From positions 21,286-85,285 of the IMG/VR virus record IMGVR_UViG_3300030117_007605: a stretch of DNA of 64,000 nucleotides. One strand, written 5' to 3'. The position numbers were made by a program, and so were the translations under genes. This DNA is from a virus. Of this stretch, positions 59,887 to 64,000 are shown in pieces (the stretch's first letter is position 1; each line of letters begins with the position of its first letter). The notes under the pieces were generated by a model. The model saw only the letters and a list, made by a program, of their open reading frames with translations, was not told the DNA's origin and did not search any database.

Positions 59887-60797
59887 AAAAATTATTGGGC
59901 GATTATTATGAGAGCAGCAAAGAAATGCTGTTCTCTTGTCCTTTTTGCAATCACCATAAAAAGAAACTATCTGTCAACCTTGATAAAAACGTATGGAAAT
60001 GCTGGGTGTGTGACACATCTGGTAGATCTGTTGATTTTTTGGTTAAAAAGTTTGGTTCAGCCGCAGATTTAAAAGATTGGGGTCTGGATAAAGAGCTAAA
60101 CTTTGAGAACATCGAGTTTATTCTTTTTGGTCAAAAAGTAGAGGTAAAGAAAGAAACATTATCTTTGCCTGAAGGATTTATCCCACTTTTTGCTAAAGGG
60201 CGTTCTTATCATAAGGGCAGAGCATTAAAATATATGCGTAAGCGCGGGTTCACAGATGAACAAATCTTTAGGATGAAAGTTGGGGTATGCACAAAAGGCG
60301 AATACAAAAATAGAGTTATTATTCCATCCTTTGATGAACAGGGTGATTTAAATTATTTTATTGCCAGAACTTATGCTAATGACTTCCCAAAATACAAAAA
60401 TCCAAAAGTTTCAAAGTCAGAGATGATTTTTAATGAGTTGACAATTAACTTCAAACGCCCTATAATAATAGTTGAGGGTGCTTTTGATGCAATGCGAGCA
60501 GGTGACAATGCTATACCAATTTTAGGTTCAACAATTAAATCAGATCACTTGTTATTCCAGAGAATTGTTGAAAACAGGACACCAGTTTACATTGCATTGG
60601 ATGAAGATGCACACAAAAAAGAGAAAAGAATAATTGAATTGTTTTTAAAATACGGTATCGATGTTAAAAAGGTAGACACGACTGGTTATGAAGACATTGG
60701 GGAAATGCCCAGAGAAGTAGTAGAAGAGAGAGTACAAAACGCAACTGATATGGGGGGATTAAATTTCTTATATCAGTTAATAGAAGAGGTTGCATGA
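59859..60797 (+). CDS. DNA primase (zinc finger + TOPRIM)
   Basis: CPFC-x-H...CWVC; YMRKRG; RVIIP; YFIAR; PKYKNP; VEGAFD; ALDED. Confidence 0.9.
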   Translation: MATKEQKILKKLLGDYYESSKEMLFSCPFCNHHKKKLSVNLDKNVWKCWVCDTSGRSVDFLVKKFGSAADLKDWGLDKELNFENIEFILFGQKVEVKKETLSLPEGFIPLFAKGRSYHKGRALKYMRKRGFTDEQIFRMKVGVCTKGEYKNRVIIPSFDEQGDLNYFIARTYANDFPKYKNPKVSKSEMIFNELTINFKRPIIIVEGAFDAMRAGDNAIPILGSTIKSDHLLFQRIVENRTPVYIALDEDAHKKEKRIIELFLKYGIDVKKVDTTGYEDIGEMPREVVEERVQNATDMGGLNFLYQLIEEVA

Positions 60798-63700
60798 AAT
60801 TTGCACACATAGCAGACACACATATAAAAAATTTAAAATATCACAAGGAATATAAGGCTGTTTTTCAGCAGTTGTACCAAACTTTGAGGGATCAGAAGGT
60901 CGATTATATCATCCATTGCGGTGATATTGCCCATACAAAGACACAAATTTCACCAGAATTTGTCGAATTATGCTCTGATTTTCTCAAAAATCTAGCAGAT
61001 ATTGCCCCAACTTACGTTATTTTGGGCAATCACGATGGTAATTTGCGTAATTCTTACCGTCAAGATGCCATTACACCTATTGTCGATGCTTTGGGGCATA
61101 AGAATCTACACTTATTGAAGTATGCTGGCGAAACTCACTTGAATGATGAATTTTGTCTTAACACTTTATCAGTATTTGACGAAGATAATTGGGTTAAACC
61201 AAGCAATCCTGATAAAATTAACATTGGACTTTATCACGGTGCGATTAAATATAGTCGAACAGACATTGGCTTTGTCATGGAACACGGTGATCACGGAGTT
61301 GATATCTTCGATGACTGTGATTATTCAATGCTGGGTGATATTCACAAGACTCAGATCCTTAACAAAGAGGGTACGATTGCATATGCTGGTTCAACTATCC
61401 AACAAAACTTTGGCGAAACCCAAGACAAGGGTATTTTTATCTGGGATATTAAGTCTAAGACAGAATTCACAAGAGAAAAGTTTAATTTTGTAAACCCAAA
61501 ACCCTTTGTAACAATCAACTTAACAAAGACAGGCAGAATCCCAAAAGGTTTTAAATGTCCAGATGGTGCGAGACTAAGATTGGTATCCAAGTCTAACATA
61601 GCCTTAGAACGGCTGAGAAGGGCTGTAGACATCGCGAAGCATCGATTTAAGCCCGAGAGTATCACTTTCTTAAATAAAGCCAACAGCGGCGATTTGTCGG
61701 TGGAAGATCGTGTAAGTTCTGAGCTATTTGAAAATCTACGAGACGAGAAGACACAACAAGATCTAATTAAAGAGTACCTTAAAGATTATAATGTCGAGGA
61801 GGATACACTAAATGAAGTCTTCGCTCTTAATTCAAAGTACAACAAAGTTGTTGAAGAGAGTGAAGATATTTCCCGCAACGTTCATTGGCGCATTAAAAAG
61901 TTTAGTTGGGACAATTTATTTAATTACGGAGAAGGTAATTCTCTTGATTTTGATAAGCTGTCTGGCACTGTCGGAATTTTTGGTAAGAACTTCAGTGGAA
62001 AATCTAGCGTTATTGATGCATTACTCTACACAATTTATAATAATACTTCTAAGAACATTAGAAAGACATACAACATTATTAACCAGAACAAAGATTATGG
62101 ATCTGGTGTGGTGGAGATTGAAGCTAACAACAAGACTTACAAGATTAGTCGCAGATCGGATAAATACACTAAGAAGCTTAAAGGCAAGGTCACAAACGAG
62201 GCTAAAACGCAAGCGGACTTTGACTATGTGGACCAAGTATCGGGAGAAGTAGGTTCTTTAAATCAGACAGCCAGAGGCAGTACAGACAAAGCGATTCGTA
62301 ATGTTTTTGGAGATCTAGATGATTTTCTAAACACATCAATGTCTTCTCAGCTTGGTGCTTTATCTTTTATTAACGAAGGTTCGACTCGTCGTAAAGAAAT
62401 CTTAGCTAAGTTCCTTGATTTGGAATTCTTTGAGAGAAAATTTAAATTAGCAAAAGAAGATGCTTCTGATTTAAGAGGTGCCCTGCGCAGGATTCAAGAC
62501 GTGGATTATGATGAGGGCATCAAAAAGACAAAAAATGATATCTTTAGAGCCGGTGCAGCAGTAGCCAAACAAAAAAACCACTGTGTCACTTTAAAGGAAG
62601 ATTTAGGTTTTGTAGAAAAAGACATCGCAGCTTTAGAAAATAGCTTATCACAAATATTAGAAAAACCAATTTCTATCCGTAAAGTTAGAAAAGATTTGGA
62701 GAAGGCTGGAGAAAATAAAAAAGTTTTAAAAAATAAAGTTAGGGATCTAACAAAACAAATCACAAGTAAAGAAGATTTCTTACAAAAAGGTGGTGCTTTA
62801 TTAGAGTCAATCGACATCCTGAGCTTGAGCCAGCAAAAAGAAGAGGCTGACGAGTTACAAGATAAAGTAGAAAAACTACTCCGAGAACAAGAGAAGCAAG
62901 AGCGAGAGAAGGAGACAAGCCTTCGACAGATTAAGATACTAACTGACATCCCGTGTGGTGACAAGTATCTAACTTCTTGTAAGTTTATTAAAGATGCTCA
63001 TGGAGCCAAACAAGATCTAACAATCACTCAAAAGGTGTTGGCAGAGGTTGAAAATAAATTAGAGTTGAATTCCGGTGAATTATCTGATATCGATGTTGAT
63101 AAGGTTAGCAAAACAATTAATAACTGGAATCAGTTAACTCAAAAAATAAAAGATGAGCAAAGCAACATTGCCAATCTAAATTTAGAATTAGAGAGAACCA
63201 ACACGGCTATTCAAAAGTTGGAGGGCGAAATAGAACAACTAAATGAAACGGCAGATTATTATGAAGAACATAAAGAAGTGTTAGAAAATATGGAGAAAGT
63301 CGTTTCAGAGTTAGAATTAGCTAGAACTAATAAAGAAAGAACTGAACAAGAACTACAAGATTGTGAAGACCGAATCTACCAACTTGTTGGCAAAGAAGGT
63401 GCTTTAGAACAAAAATTACAAAATTTAAAAGATCTTAAAGAAGAAAGATTTAGGTTAAATGCTGAATACTCGGCTTATGACCTCTTCATGCGATGCATGC
63501 ACTCTAATGGTATTGCTTTTGATGTTATCAAGAAGGCTTTACCAGTCATCAACACAGAGGTTGCTAAAGTACTGTCAAATATTGTTGACTTTGAGGTTTT
63601 CTTTGAGAATAGTGAGAATAAATTAAACATATTGATCAAACACCCAAAACATGACCCTCGCCAACTTGAAACTTGTTCGGGAGCAGAAAAAACACTTGCT

Positions 63701-63949
63701 GCCGTTGCTATTAGAATCGCTTTGCTAAATGTAAGTAATATGCCAAAGAGCAACTTGTTTATCCTTGATGAACCGGGCACTGCTTTGGACGCTGAAAACA
63801 TGGAAGGCTTTGTCAGAATCTTAGACCTTGTAAAAGGATATTTTGATGTTACTTTACTAATTACTCACATAGAGAGTTTGAAAGATATTGTCGATATGAC
63901 AGTTGAAATCTCTAAAACAGATGACGGATATGCATTTGTTAATCAATGA
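60794..63949 (+). CDS. Fused Mre11/SbcD nuclease - Rad50/SbcC ATPase (gp47-gp46-like)
   Basis: IADTH, HCGD, LGNHD, YHG, GDIH; Walker A GKNFSGKSS; long coiled coil; CSGAE; FILDEP; ITH. Confidence 0.92.
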   Translation: MKFAHIADTHIKNLKYHKEYKAVFQQLYQTLRDQKVDYIIHCGDIAHTKTQISPEFVELCSDFLKNLADIAPTYVILGNHDGNLRNSYRQDAITPIVDALGHKNLHLLKYAGETHLNDEFCLNTLSVFDEDNWVKPSNPDKINIGLYHGAIKYSRTDIGFVMEHGDHGVDIFDDCDYSMLGDIHKTQILNKEGTIAYAGSTIQQNFGETQDKGIFIWDIKSKTEFTREKFNFVNPKPFVTINLTKTGRIPKGFKCPDGARLRLVSKSNIALERLRRAVDIAKHRFKPESITFLNKANSGDLSVEDRVSSELFENLRDEKTQQDLIKEYLKDYNVEEDTLNEVFALNSKYNKVVEESEDISRNVHWRIKKFSWDNLFNYGEGNSLDFDKLSGTVGIFGKNFSGKSSVIDALLYTIYNNTSKNIRKTYNIINQNKDYGSGVVEIEANNKTYKISRRSDKYTKKLKGKVTNEAKTQADFDYVDQVSGEVGSLNQTARGSTDKAIRNVFGDLDDFLNTSMSSQLGALSFINEGSTRRKEILAKFLDLEFFERKFKLAKEDASDLRGALRRIQDVDYDEGIKKTKNDIFRAGAAVAKQKNHCVTLKEDLGFVEKDIAALENSLSQILEKPISIRKVRKDLEKAGENKKVLKNKVRDLTKQITSKEDFLQKGGALLESIDILSLSQQKEEADELQDKVEKLLREQEKQEREKETSLRQIKILTDIPCGDKYLTSCKFIKDAHGAKQDLTITQKVLAEVENKLELNSGELSDIDVDKVSKTINNWNQLTQKIKDEQSNIANLNLELERTNTAIQKLEGEIEQLNETADYYEEHKEVLENMEKVVSELELARTNKERTEQELQDCEDRIYQLVGKEGALEQKLQNLKDLKEERFRLNAEYSAYDLFMRCMHSNGIAFDVIKKALPVINTEVAKVLSNIVDFEVFFENSENKLNILIKHPKHDPRQLETCSGAEKTLAAVAIRIALLNVSNMPKSNLFILDEPGTALDAENMEGFVRILDLVKGYFDVTLLITHIESLKDIVDMTVEISKTDDGYAFVNQ

Positions 63950-63958
63950 GGATAAAAA

Positions 63959-64000
63959 ATGTGTGGATGTGATAATTGTAAATGTGAAAAGAACTGCGGC
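63959..64000 (+). CDS. Start of a Cys-rich small protein (3'-truncated)
   Basis: GAGGA SD, then ATG reading MCGCDNCKCEKNCG to the window end. Confidence 0.5.
   Translation, partial: MCGCDNCKCEKNCG

Larger units (their letters stand above)
1..64000 (+). other. Segment of a large myovirus-like (jumbo) phage genome
   Basis: gp25-like and gp6-like baseplate genes, HxH spike, gp55-like sigma factor, RuvC, primase, gp46/47-like nuclease and PhoH; tightly packed co-oriented genes; no cellular housekeeping operons. Confidence 0.93.

Noticed and set aside
579-63801. Minus-strand and short alternate-frame ORFs in the track
   Set aside because: All lie within longer, motif-bearing + strand genes and have antisense-shadow composition with no recognisable motifs.
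1-64000. tRNA/rRNA genes, introns, inteins, homing endonucleases, intrinsic terminators
   Set aside because: Intergenic gaps are under ~70 bp with no cloverleaf or GC hairpin plus U-tract seen; no LAGLIDADG/HNH/GIY-YIG or intein motifs noticed by eye. tRNAscan/Infernal were not run.

Overview
The window is a gene-dense, AT-rich segment of a large (jumbo-type) tailed phage genome with a contractile-tail baseplate. All credible genes are on the + strand in the standard code; the minus-strand ORFs are shadows. The layout is: (1) 1-7539, probable head-internal or virion proteins, including a ~1157-aa polyprotein that joins a PolX-like nucleotidyltransferase, a KxDG ligase-like domain and an HxGH nucleotidyltransferase, separated by candidate (I/L/V/M)-x-E prohead-protease sites; (2) 7539-13514, regulatory and auxiliary genes (Fis-like HTH, PurA, ClpP, PIN-PhoH, zincin, Rho_N-like, Cas4-like nuclease); (3) 13520-30854, a ~17-kb glycan cluster (5-6 glycosyltransferases, split transketolase, RfbH, RmlB/C, Gmd, NeuA/NeuB, HAD phosphatase, B12 radical SAM, aminotransferase); (4) 30841-32406, a gp55-like late sigma factor region; (5) 32406-59359, baseplate and tail genes (spike, gp25, gp6, a 2765-aa LamG protein, paralogous fibre-collar-like proteins), several enriched in an [ST]-[GAS]-S tripeptide; (6) 59356-64000, RuvC-like resolvase, primase, a single-chain Mre11-Rad50 fusion and the start of a Cys-rich peptide. 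The two best candidates for an undescribed system are the protease-processed triple-nucleotidyltransferase polyprotein and a possible sequon-directed virion glycosylation system. All calls come from motif recognition by eye; no database searches were run, and counts are hand counts.
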